A DNA stretch of 64,000 nucleotides from Macrostomum lignano (lineage: Eukaryota), in contig NIVC01001247.1 of assembly GCA_002269645.1 (NCBI GenBank), positions 158,928-222,927 on the forward strand, read 5' to 3'. The position numbers and the translations under genes were made by a program. Below are positions 24,342 through 35,400 of this stretch, piece by piece; position 1 is the first letter of the stretch; each line of letters starts with the position of its first letter. A model generated the notes under the pieces. The model worked only from the letters and a program-made list of their open reading frames with translations, was not told where the DNA came from and did no database searches.

Positions 24342-25799
24342 ACATGTGGTCCCAAATGACGCAATCATTAACTTACCAAAAAGTGGAAAGCTGACAAACA
24401 AATCTCTGTTAGCAACCAAAGATTGGCCCAGTTGAACTCACCAACTGTAAGCTCGATGGGGGAGGGAAATTGCTGCTAAAAAACATCTTAAAACACAGCG
24501 GCAGCATTATATAACACAGGCAGGCTGCTGGCTGTCCCACTGCTCAGACTCGTCCATGCATCTTCACGTCCTATCCGAGCCCCGCCTGGATTTCCTTTCG
24601 CCCTTGTCACGCCCAAATTGGCAAATGAGCAACGCGCAGTCCCTGCGATAACACAAAGGCTTTTGGCTCATTCGAAATCCCGTTGAGCCATTGCAGCAGG
24701 GGGGCTGGGGGACGGGGAGGGGAGCTTCTGTATCTTTGGAAGCTGGCCTGCTCGGATTCGTTTAAGCGAAACAACCTAAAAGATACAAGGGAAGCCTCCA
24801 CACACCCACACACACACAAGCTCGGGTGCCTGTGTAGCCTCTGGTACAGGCCAAGCAGTTCTAGAACTAGGAACTTGGATTTCGAGCGCTAATTTCAAAA
24901 TAAAAATAAAAATCACAAAATAAAGGTTGAATTTTCTTCGTTCTTTCTAAGAATCTGTCTGTAAAGGGAAATACATGTAAGTTGAAACTGAAATTCCAGT
25001 TCCTAGTTGTACACGTAGAACTCCTTGGATAAGCCATACAAGTAAAAGCAGATTTATTTCATTCCACGCCTCGTTGGGTCAAGCAAGGGCTTTTTTCGGG
25101 CGCTATAGGAAGAGCACAAATTTGGACACAGAAGACAAGAAGATCAAGGTTAAGAACGACAGTAATCAGTTGTTGAGGGTAGGTTATGAACCTGTATATT
25201 TGACCCAAACATTGAACTTATCCAAACCGTTAGATACAATTTTCTAAAACTTTAAACTTTAAGACTCTTGCATTGTCAGAGCCTGTTTCTTCCTTATAAA
25301 AAAACTCATCGTGTACTTTGTGCGCTGGCTCAAGAAAAAACATGCAAGAGAAAGGGGAAGGAGAAGACTCCAAATTTGTGCCCGCTGTCGAATTTAAAGC
25401 CCGTCAGTTGCTTCTGGTTTGTGGCATAGACTAGCCAGCATTCTCTGGGCTTTGCTTAACTCTGTGTCCAAATTAAAAGCCCGCAGTCCAAACTAGAAAG
25501 CAAAAAGCTATAGAACCGTAGACTAAAGGTAACAATATGTACAACGATATATACAGATTTTGTATGAAATATGGTTGTGTCGGATTTCTAGTCAATTCTT
25601 CTGTCTATGACACTTTGAAAGAGCATTACAGAATCAGTCAATCGTCTATGGTTATTGGAAAGGACAGTGAAGACGACTGGTCTATCTGTCATAAATTATT
25701 TCTCTAGTGGATTTTGAGCTTGCATTCAAAATACCAGTAGAAAAAGGAACTATGATTCGCAATGCAAACATTCCTCGCGGAGAAATATGGGACACTCCA

Positions 25800-26160
25800 C
25801 GGAGGAGTTGGCTTTTGTCACCCGAGAGTCGAGCAATCGCTTTGTTGGCAAGATTAACTCTGGAACTCTGAAATTTAATTCTGGAGGTTCCGCCAGTTCT
25901 TCAATGAGAAGATAGTCTGCCAGGTGTTTGAGCGTGTGCGGGATCGACTTCTGAACGATTGTATAAGGCTTTTCTATTCGTATTATCGAAATCAGGATGG
26001 GACCTACTGCGCGCCGAAGTCTCTCATCTGTTTTCGTGTGGCCATTCAACGACAACTGGAATCCAATTCATTCAATTCAATTCAAGCGTTTGCAACGGAG
26101 TTCTTGTCGCCACGTCGTTGTCATGCTTTGATTCTTTTCTATTGCCAACAATAGAATTGT
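25800..26160 (+). mobile_element. Probable degenerate Crypton-like (tyrosine-recombinase/DUF3504-associated) transposon remnant
   Basis: Stop-bounded frame reads FRQFFNEK..FE....LLNDCIRLFYSYYRNQDGTYCAPKSLICFRVAIQRQL. This resembles from memory the L..FY...R..DG..Y...SL...R.AIQRHL block that precedes the YR domain in Crypton proteins. The frame is disrupted on both sides. Confidence 0.5.
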
Positions 26161-27229
26161 TGTCGAAAGGCTTACTCCCGAAAACCATAGACAAAAGGGT
26201 ACACAATGAAGAAATTTGCGGGCTCCATGCTATAGATAGGCTGGGTGGTAAAGGTCAGCTGATAATGTCTATGGTCAAGTTTGTTTCCAATGCGCTAATG
26301 GATAAAGATTTGAGTCATTGACCAAATTTCAGGAGAAGGTGAGACTTGTTCACTTTAATCTGGGAAGGGACGATGCAGAGTTTTGTTGCCACTCTGATCT
26401 GCTTACTACGTCTAGAGAATGCTAAACTGGTAAAGACGTGTTGCTGAGGATGGGGAAGTCTCAATGCGGGAGACCAATATTTACTGAGTGTTGCTCGGAC
26501 ACTAAGGAACATCGGGCTACGAAGGCTACGCAAATAATTTTGTAATATTCGATAAAGCGTTTCAAAACTACACGTTCAATGAATCTAGTATTGGTAAACA
26601 GTAGTTACGAGCGATTCTATTTTCAAAAATTTGTTGTCCTGTCTCCACTAAAAGCTACTTGTCTGTTAAGACAAAATTCCACGGGAAAACCCACAGGAGC
26701 GTAGCGAGAGTTGTGAGATAAAATTAGAAATGAAAATTGCAGTAAGAGAGAGAATTTACGAAGCCAAGAATGGTGGATAGGATGACATGCACAATGGGAC
26801 ACAGGGGATCAAGCAGTTGGGGGGGGGGGCTTATGCTTGCGACTTCGGGATGACCGAATGGGCTGCAACTACTAGGAAAATCGCGGCAAGGATTATCGTC
26901 CCAAAAGGATTTGGATCCAATTTTCCTTTTCATGGTCTAGATTTCCATGGCATATTTTCTAAATTTCCTATCAGAGTCCTACGAGAAGATATTGCTTATT
27001 TAATGCTAATTTTCCGGTCTAATACTTCCCTGACTTCTGCAGTTAGCAGCCTCAACCGTTTGAACTATTCTACAGGCTAGAGTGGTTTGGTTTATTCAAT
27101 TTTGTGGACAAATTCAAATAGAATTACAAAATTTGTACTATAAAATTTGTCTAATAACATCCCATTTTTCCCCATTCGGACCATACTACATACCATTTTA
27201 AGTAATGTAATCACGTACGTTGAGAGGGG

Positions 27230-27300
27230 AGAGAGCAGATCAGCGGTTAACGCGTGTCTAACAATTTCCCGCCACGATCCTGGGTTCGATTCCGTGTGCG
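27230..27300 (+). mobile_element. tRNA-derived SINE head or tRNA pseudogene fragment
   Basis: A-box-like GATCAGCGGTTAACGCG followed at tRNA-like spacing by B box GGGTTCGATTCC (27282-27293). No convincing acceptor stem. Confidence 0.5.
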
Positions 27301-29482
27301 ACCACATTCATTTGATATCATATTTGTTTTAAAGTTGATTTTAAGAAAACACTTCAAAATCAATGCAGGGATTCAAGTAGCTCACATTTTTGACAATTTT
27401 TTTCCATTTAGCGTCAAATAGCTCTGAGACACTTCTTGAGTTCGGTTTTTTAGACTTATTACAACATTTAGTGGTTTTTCTGCTTCACTTGAAATCACAG
27501 AATATTATTCATCATTTATTCACAATCTCTGAATGAGGAAAATCGTTAAAATCGTTCATAAATATAAGTAGCGTACGATACTACTTGTCATGCCTTTGAA
27601 TAGATGAAAGCCACAAAAAAAATCATTTTAACGGCTTAACAACAAAAAAAACATTGCTGCGAGTGCCAAGTGCAGTGCACTATTGTTCCGTGTATTTTGT
27701 TCGAATTAAAAAAATTTCTCAACGATAAGTAACTCGACCAAAAAAGCAGTTTAAAATGTTGAAATAAAAAAGTTGTGTTATTTAAGAAAAAACTTTAACA
27801 AAAAATTTTGTGTCGATTAATTGTGCGCTTGCTACTTGTGCTTCATTTCTAGCTAAAGTGTACACGTAATATTTGGGGTCGAAAGACAACAAAAAACAAA
27901 CAAAAGCAATGAAGCAAAAACGTTTCGTATCGTTGCTTTGAGGTGCATGTAATTTACATCAATACAAAAACTTCTACATAACAAACACGGACTACTTAAG
28001 TAGAAGGACGCGACGCGAATAAAATGCGCAAGTTTCATTGGAGGCTGGTTATTTAAGTTTATGTAGTCTGCCCCCAAAAACTCGTTGAAGTGTATTTTTC
28101 CCAGGATGCACATAATTAATTAGTTTCTATATTAGTATTATGTCTGAACCAAGAAAGAAGATATATTAGCAATAAACCCTAGCATTTGATTTGATCGGTA
28201 GCACACTGTTGAGACAGGAGACCTAATAAAGAATGTCTCAGCAGTGATGAGGATAAGTACTAATAAAATAAGTGATAAGATAAGGATACTATAAAAATAG
28301 CTATACAAAATAGGAATTCAGCCTCCAAAAAAATCGTACGTGATCGCGTCCTGTATAAACGAGACTAGAGTAGTCAGTTTAAACAAACATTATTTGCTGT
28401 GAACCAAAAAGGGGCAGCTAAAGCAAAATACAAATCAACAGACGAAGCAATATCAATCGAGTTACGAAAAATTATATAAAACCTGTAGTTTTATAAAATA
28501 TACGACGTACCTAGCTAGTCTTTAGAAAGTATTAAAAAATAAAAAAAATTGTTTATGTTGCAAAACTTTCCGGACTATGTTTGCAGTGAACGACAGGAAT
28601 GTCAAAGAAGCTGAAGTCTGCTTTATTCAATGGTAAAACAGCTAAGCGAACGATACTCGACATGCTGCGAAAAAAAAACTTAAAACAAATTTAAGCATGA
28701 AATTCATGAGTTTTATAAAGCGATTAGAAAACATTTGCTACTGAAAACTTACTGATTGAATATCATAGGGAAAATGACGAGAAGTCAAGCGAATGCAGTG
28801 TAGCCCAGGCACACAGCAATTTGCCATTTTTAAAGCTGCTGATTTTTCTTAGTTACTAAAACGAAGCAATGCATCGACCAAAAAATCATTCAGGCTATCA
28901 GAGAGCCAACGGCACTTCATTCTGGCATGTCGTCAGAAGGGAAAAATCTTTGTGAAAGGGAAAGTATTTTCTACATTCAGGAGAACAGCTGTTCAAGAAG
29001 TTTTTTGCGAAAACTTCATCTCATTTAGACATACCCGTACGTGGGTCACAGCAAACACAGTACAGAAAATTTTGCAGCCACGTACATTCATAACAAAGCA
29101 GGGTATAGAATATCTATTAACGAAAATTTACTTTTAATACTAGCTCGTAGCTATACTTTTTTTAAATAAATTTTCAACGCGACTTTTACGACAAAATAAA
29201 GCATAAAACAGGACCACCAGGGCATCACAAGTCACTGCAGGCTTACAACATAAAGCAACACACTCTGTTTGTTGGTTTTAAGTTGTTTTTTTAAACAGTT
29301 ACAACGGTTTTAAATTGCTCGAATAACAAGAGTAAAAGTGCTCTCAATATTAAATTAGGACTGCTTCATTTGAGTCTTTTGTGATTTCAAAGTATGCATA
29401 ATGTTTGCGTCGTTTAATTTATTTATTAAAAGGTTTTCTAACTCTTTTTGCGATCGTGAAAAATTCAGTGATCTCCTTGGCC

Positions 29483-32400
29483 TCACTTCATAGAAGATCG
29501 ACCAGCAGTCGACGGAGTGTAGTCCGGGCAGATTGAGGCCCTGGGCTCCAACAATAGCGAGGCGGCGTAGGCGTCGTCGTCGTCAAGGCAACGTCTCGTG
29601 TCCAGGAGATAGTTGCAAGCCTTTAAAATTAGATGTGTGTAAGACTCTTTTAGTTTGTTTACATGCCTTTATGATGTAACTGGAATACTACTGCACTAAT
29701 TTACTAATAATCCGATATACTAAAAATGGTTTGTCTGTGAATGACGAACATTATATCTATGTATAACGAACTAATATAATAATATATAATATAATGTATA
29801 ACGGCGTGCACTTGCACTGTTGAGCGATCTATTCAGCCCTCAGTGCACCCGTCATTGCACCTCTCCTCACATGCCCGCCACCCCCCGCTTTGGCTGAAGG
29901 TTAAGAAGTCTACGCGCGCATTTCCTTTCTGTGTCATTGGCTGAGCTTGCCGCCTAGCGTCCCCCATTACTCAGTTGTGATTTGTGAATTGTGTACGCGC
30001 TCATGTCGGCCAATCGGTGGCCGAGAAATGGCGTGCGAAATACAAATATGTGTTGGAGTAGAGCGAAGGAGGGCGCGCCTGTTGAATCTACCTTGATAAG
30101 TCAACTCTTAAGTACACAATACTAACTCTAGCAAACTCTAGGCCTCTCTGCCTTGCTCCTCTGAAAATTAAACTGCCAGTCTGCGTAGAAATTACATGTA
30201 CAGTGAGTTTGCCTCCCCTTAAATTTCTTGGGGACACTGCCTTCGGGAACTTTCGAGCTGTGGGGTCTAGGGACGGACGGGCTCAGTGTTCGAAGCGATC
30301 TCACGCTCAGCGACTGCAGTCAGTCCGGTCAGATGATTGCTATAGACTTAATTGCAGTATTTTACTAATACTACGCTCGTATTAATCCACTGAAGTGTCA
30401 CTTCTTTAGTCCCTCTCATGATAAATTAGAAGTAATTCAAGGTACATGTATCAACGAACTTAACAGATCACTAATGCGGTTAAGGTAATGGTGTGCCTAC
30501 TGACTCACCGTGGCATTATAATCAATTCGATAGGGTGTCTGCTGGTATTGCTGAATCTCTCGGATCACGTGGGCTATCTGTAACAGGTTTCAGTAGAGCG
30601 AATTTCAATACAGTCAAATATAGACGTCACATTTGGTATGATTTCAAGATGCAGAATGATGAGTTTTTCAAAATTAGCTACCATTCGCATTTTGCAAAAG
30701 TTGACAAGACCCTCCTCCGTAATGTTGGACGTGCCCTCCTCGATGAAGGACAGATCGGTCAGGTACATTCCCAAATATGGGATGCACGGTGGATCGCATC
30801 TGTGATTCAATTAGATAAAAACAATACAAACAATTGGGTATTTTTTGAGCATTTAAGTATGAGGCTTGATGTGAGGTTACTATCAATTTTAAGACTTACG
30901 TGTGCAGTGCAGCTCTCATGTTTCGGAACCGACCGTCAGAAGACACCAGCTGTTGCAGCCGGTCCACCATCAGTCTGGTTGTCTTGCTCAAACGATCCCA
31001 CGTCCGTTTGAGTCGAAAAACCGCCGAATTAACGAAAGCGGCGCAGATCTGCAGCACGCCGTTGTAATTTCGCAGGCACCGACAAATATCGGCGATGGCG
31101 GCCCACTTCTCGATACACGCAATCCGATCCGTGACGTCCGTCCGACTCACGATCTCCGTGATCACTAGAGAGCTCATTTCGTTGAAACGGCGGCTGATTC
31201 GTAGCACAGTTGAGTTCGTTTTGTCCTTGGCGCTTTTGCGCATCGATATCTGCATGATGATGTCACTGGAAGAACATTGGAGGTTATGCTTCATTTATTT
31301 CTGGCTGTAACGTTCCATGTTTTAGTTTCCATGACAAAAAACGGTATTTTCAGAGAAATTTTCATCTTGATCGCTCGCTTATCAAGCGAAAGTTGGGGGG
31401 GGGGGTTGGTGCCAACCGAAGCAGAGGTTTAATAATTTATTACACATGCCCTATGCGCAGATGTGCAACCGACAGCTCAGCCGCACATACTGTGCGGCGC
31501 ATCAAAAGGACGATCCAGAAAAAAACCTTGAACAGATTAAGTTGATGTTGATATTTCGTCACTTACGTTGATTTCATAGCTCGGAACAACTGATGATCAA
31601 TGTAGGTCATCTGCTCCGCAATGTCCAGAGCCGAGAGGCGATCGAAACAGCTGCCAATTTTGCTGCTGGCGACGGCGCCACCACCGCCAGTAGCGCCGAG
31701 AGCGTCACTTGAGGCGCCACTGGGCGTCAAAATACTATCGATGTTCACTGGATTGTCGATCAGATTTCCGTCGCGTAGCAGAAGCAGCATTTGCACAGCA
31801 GCTTTGTGATCTGGTGGGAACAGACTCTGGTTGCAGATCTGCGGATAGAGACAATCAGAGTGCAGTCTCGAGCATTGTGTTATTGAATCAGGCTATTGTC
31901 TATAAAGCTTTGTAGTATACATTTTCAGTATACAGTTTTCAGAATGCAGTATACATTCTTAAGTTGCCCTTGCAGTATACATTTCCAAAGTCTAATCCTG
32001 AAAAATTAACTGACTGAATTAATCTCTACAACCGCGTTTTGATCCAGCTATTGGTATATGCTTTAGAAAATACGATTCATTGAGTCTTAAAATATACGTG
32101 GCTTTATTGACCAGTCAATTTATTTTATGACTCCTTTAATAGCCATATGAATCGCCAGTCCCAACGGTTCACCATCGGTGGGACACACTGCTGAACTCTT
32201 GGCTTTACAAAGTCGCAGACATGCTTGATGAGGTTGATGTCTCGAGACTTTACAGATCCCCCACCAGCAGTGTAGCTGTTGCCCAAAAAAGTGATAACAC
32301 CTGCCTTAATAGGTAGATGTGCAACCGACAGCTCAACCACAGATATTGCGCAGTGCATCTGAAGTCTGCGTACAGCTGTTGAGTCCAAGGCCTGGGGGGA

Positions 32401-35400
32401 GGGTCGCCACACACACCCTCAATTACCCCAGCTAATGCTGGTACCCATTTAAACTGAAGCAATGCAGTTAAGTGTCTTGCTGAAGGACACAACTGTTCCG
32501 AGTGGGTTGTTAATCAAAACTAACCAGGTCTTCCAGCAGTTGAATCATCTGCTGTCGCAGCTCAACGTCAGCCTCTACGTCTTCGCCGAATTTGTACACC
32601 CAGTGTCGCAGGACATTCAGCACGCGCATCGTGGCGGCCGTACAGATAATGCTTAACCGCTTCATCAACATGCTGTTGCTGTTGAAGGCAGCTGCAGCCA
32701 TGGCGGCATCGCTGGGCCGCTGCTGCGGTTGCGAAAGTGCTGTCCCAGTGCTGCGTCGAGCCGTTGTCACTGTGGTGGTCGATGTCACCACCGTTGAAGT
32801 GCTAGCAGCCCCGGCGGTGGCCACGGCAAAAGCCAGAGCGGCAGCCGTGTTACTGGACCGTCGGCCAACGGCGCGAGACGAAGTGACGACGGCTCCGGCT
32901 TTGCATGGCGGCGGCCCGACAGTCGCTGCAGATGCGGGAGCAGGAAGATCGCAGCCGGAAGACTCGGCGTACGATGGCCGCTTCGAGCTATCTGAGGAGT
33001 TTTGGATTTGGTATTTGCAATTTTGAGAGTCACTTCAGTATTTCTAACATATTCAAGGCAACAACGACAATATGCTATAAGACACCGCATCCTTTTGAAA
33101 CTCACTAGACGAAGCCATGGAGCCTCGAGGAGAGAGAAAACCGGAACTGACTCCGCCCGGGCTCAGAAAGGTAACATTCTTAGCGGTGGTCTCTGCGGCA
33201 GCTGTCAGCAGCGGAGCAACAGTTGGAGAGCTGGCGCTGTGAGCAATCGGCGATACAGCTGTAGAGACAGTTGGCGAAGTGGCTCTTCTCGGAGAAGTTG
33301 AACCGCTGGAGTCAACGGCTAAAGCACTACGGGAAGTACTCGTAGCCGCCGATGTAGCCACAGCGGTAGCTGACGTAGCAGCAGCTACAGCAGCTGGTAG
33401 ATGCGACGGTCGATTCGGGCGTCGATTGTATTGACGCTGAGCCGGTGGCTGCTGCTGCTGCTGTTGCTGTTGCTGCTGCTGCTGCTGCGGTGGCGCAGGA
33501 TCTCGATTCGGCTGAATCTCCTTCTCATCTTCCGAGCAGCTGCTGTTCAATTGTCCACCGCGAGATTGCTGCCGTTGCTGTGTAAGCAGAATTTGTCGAC
33601 GATGCTCTGCTACGTCTGAAAGCTCGTGCAGGACATCCGTGAGCTGGCTAGAAGCGGCAGAAGGAAGTAGCTGTGGAGATTTCAGCGCCCCTGCATTTGG
33701 TTTCTCCGTTGGGCCCTTTGATGTCGGACTGAGGGCCGCAGCAACGGTCGCATCGAGGCTGCCAGTGCGATGGCTGCTGCTGCTGCCGTCTGTGCCGCTG
33801 GCCGCCTCCATGCGCATCATTCCTGTACTGATTCGTCGGGTTTTGTCCGACAGAGGATTCACGTGAAGATAGTTGGCGCCGCCAGTCCCACCGCTGCCAC
33901 CAGAAGCTCCTCTGGTTGCGGCTAAAGCGGCCGTGACACCGCCATAGACGGACAGAAAGTTTCCGCTGGTCTCGGCTTCGCCAGACCTTTGTGCAGTTGA
34001 TGGGGACAATTGTAATGTCATTCATTTATGAACACATTCTTAGTGCTATAAAGAATTCGATAAACCGGTATGTAATAGGTCGCCATTTTGTCACTATTTA
34101 CCCAGCCGCAGAGAAGCTCGGCCTTGGATCCAGATTTCCGCATTCAGGATTGGATAACACCTGTCGCAGGGCATTAATTACCGTCTCTGACTTTGTAAAG
34201 ATCCGGTAGGTCAGCAGAAAGGTGTTTAGAAAATCAATGCTCAAAAAGCGAAGGTCTGTCAGTCGGTCTAGCAGTCTGTCGACTGAGGCGTGACGGATCT
34301 ACAGTTTTATTTTGAGCAGTGCTTAAATTAGAGTTAATCTTTCCGAAATTCAACATATCGATATTTATTTGCTCATTATTAAATCATCCTACCTGCGGCA
34401 CCTTGCAAGAGTTCAAAGTCCTACTAAATTTTATGTCGATATCGTCTCGGTACAGCTTTGGATCGGATCTTTAAAGTCGTGATATTTTTCATGCTTGCTG
34501 ATTGAGAAAGTAGTCACTTCAGTAGTACGTGAGAAGCTCTAAGGACTTACCGTATCGTGTGCGGCATGCTAACCGAGCTGATTTCGGCCAGCGAACTATT
34601 CAGCAAGTCGCTGTAGTGAATCTGTTCGATACACTGGTTGACAAATCAAAACACATTTTAAGCGTTTAGAACATTCGATTTTAAAAACTGTCTTGCTCAA
34701 GTACACTGTAATTACTGATTGACGCATTATTAGTTGTTTAAAGTTTAGCGAAGCCTTACCTGGTTGATGTCGGAACACCAAGCCGCTTTCTCCTGAACCG
34801 AAATTGCCACCAGAGTGATGATGACAGGCGGACCAGATTTCACGTCCATGATGAGGCGGAAGTCGAGTCCGCCATAGTCTGGCTGTTGCTGTTGCTGTTG
34901 TTGCTGCTGTTGGTGTTGTTGCTGCTGCTGCTGCTGCTGAAGCTGCTGACTTTTTGGTGGTGTTCCTACCGTCAGCATGCCACTATTCTGCTGCGACTGT
35001 TGCTGTTGTTGCTGCGATTGAGGATGACTATCATAGCCGGTATTGTAGTCATCTTCACAGTAGAAAAAATCTGAGCTGGTATCTTCAGACAGAGTGCAAT
35101 CGGCCAGAGGAATCTTGCCGTTGTTCTGCAATGCGGAAAATTATTTTTTATGTGAAGCTATATGCGAGCATTTTGCGTGCAGGATTTATAATTTCTATGA
35201 CGAAACCTCCCCAAAATTATACAGGCTAGCGCAGGAGTGCAAGATGTTCTTCACGCGCGAGTGAACGTGCAGGAATCCCATTGTTTGATGAGTCATCGTG
35301 CAGCAATGCACAAAACTATTCAGCAATGCATTTCTGCGCCTAATGCTTTTTCAGTGAGATTTAACCATAGACATCCATTCCTGCACGAAAAAGCGTGCAA

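Noticed and set aside
27300-29400. AT-rich stretch resembling a non-autonomous DNA transposon
   Set aside because: No convincing TIR pair, TSD or coding remnant was found by eye.
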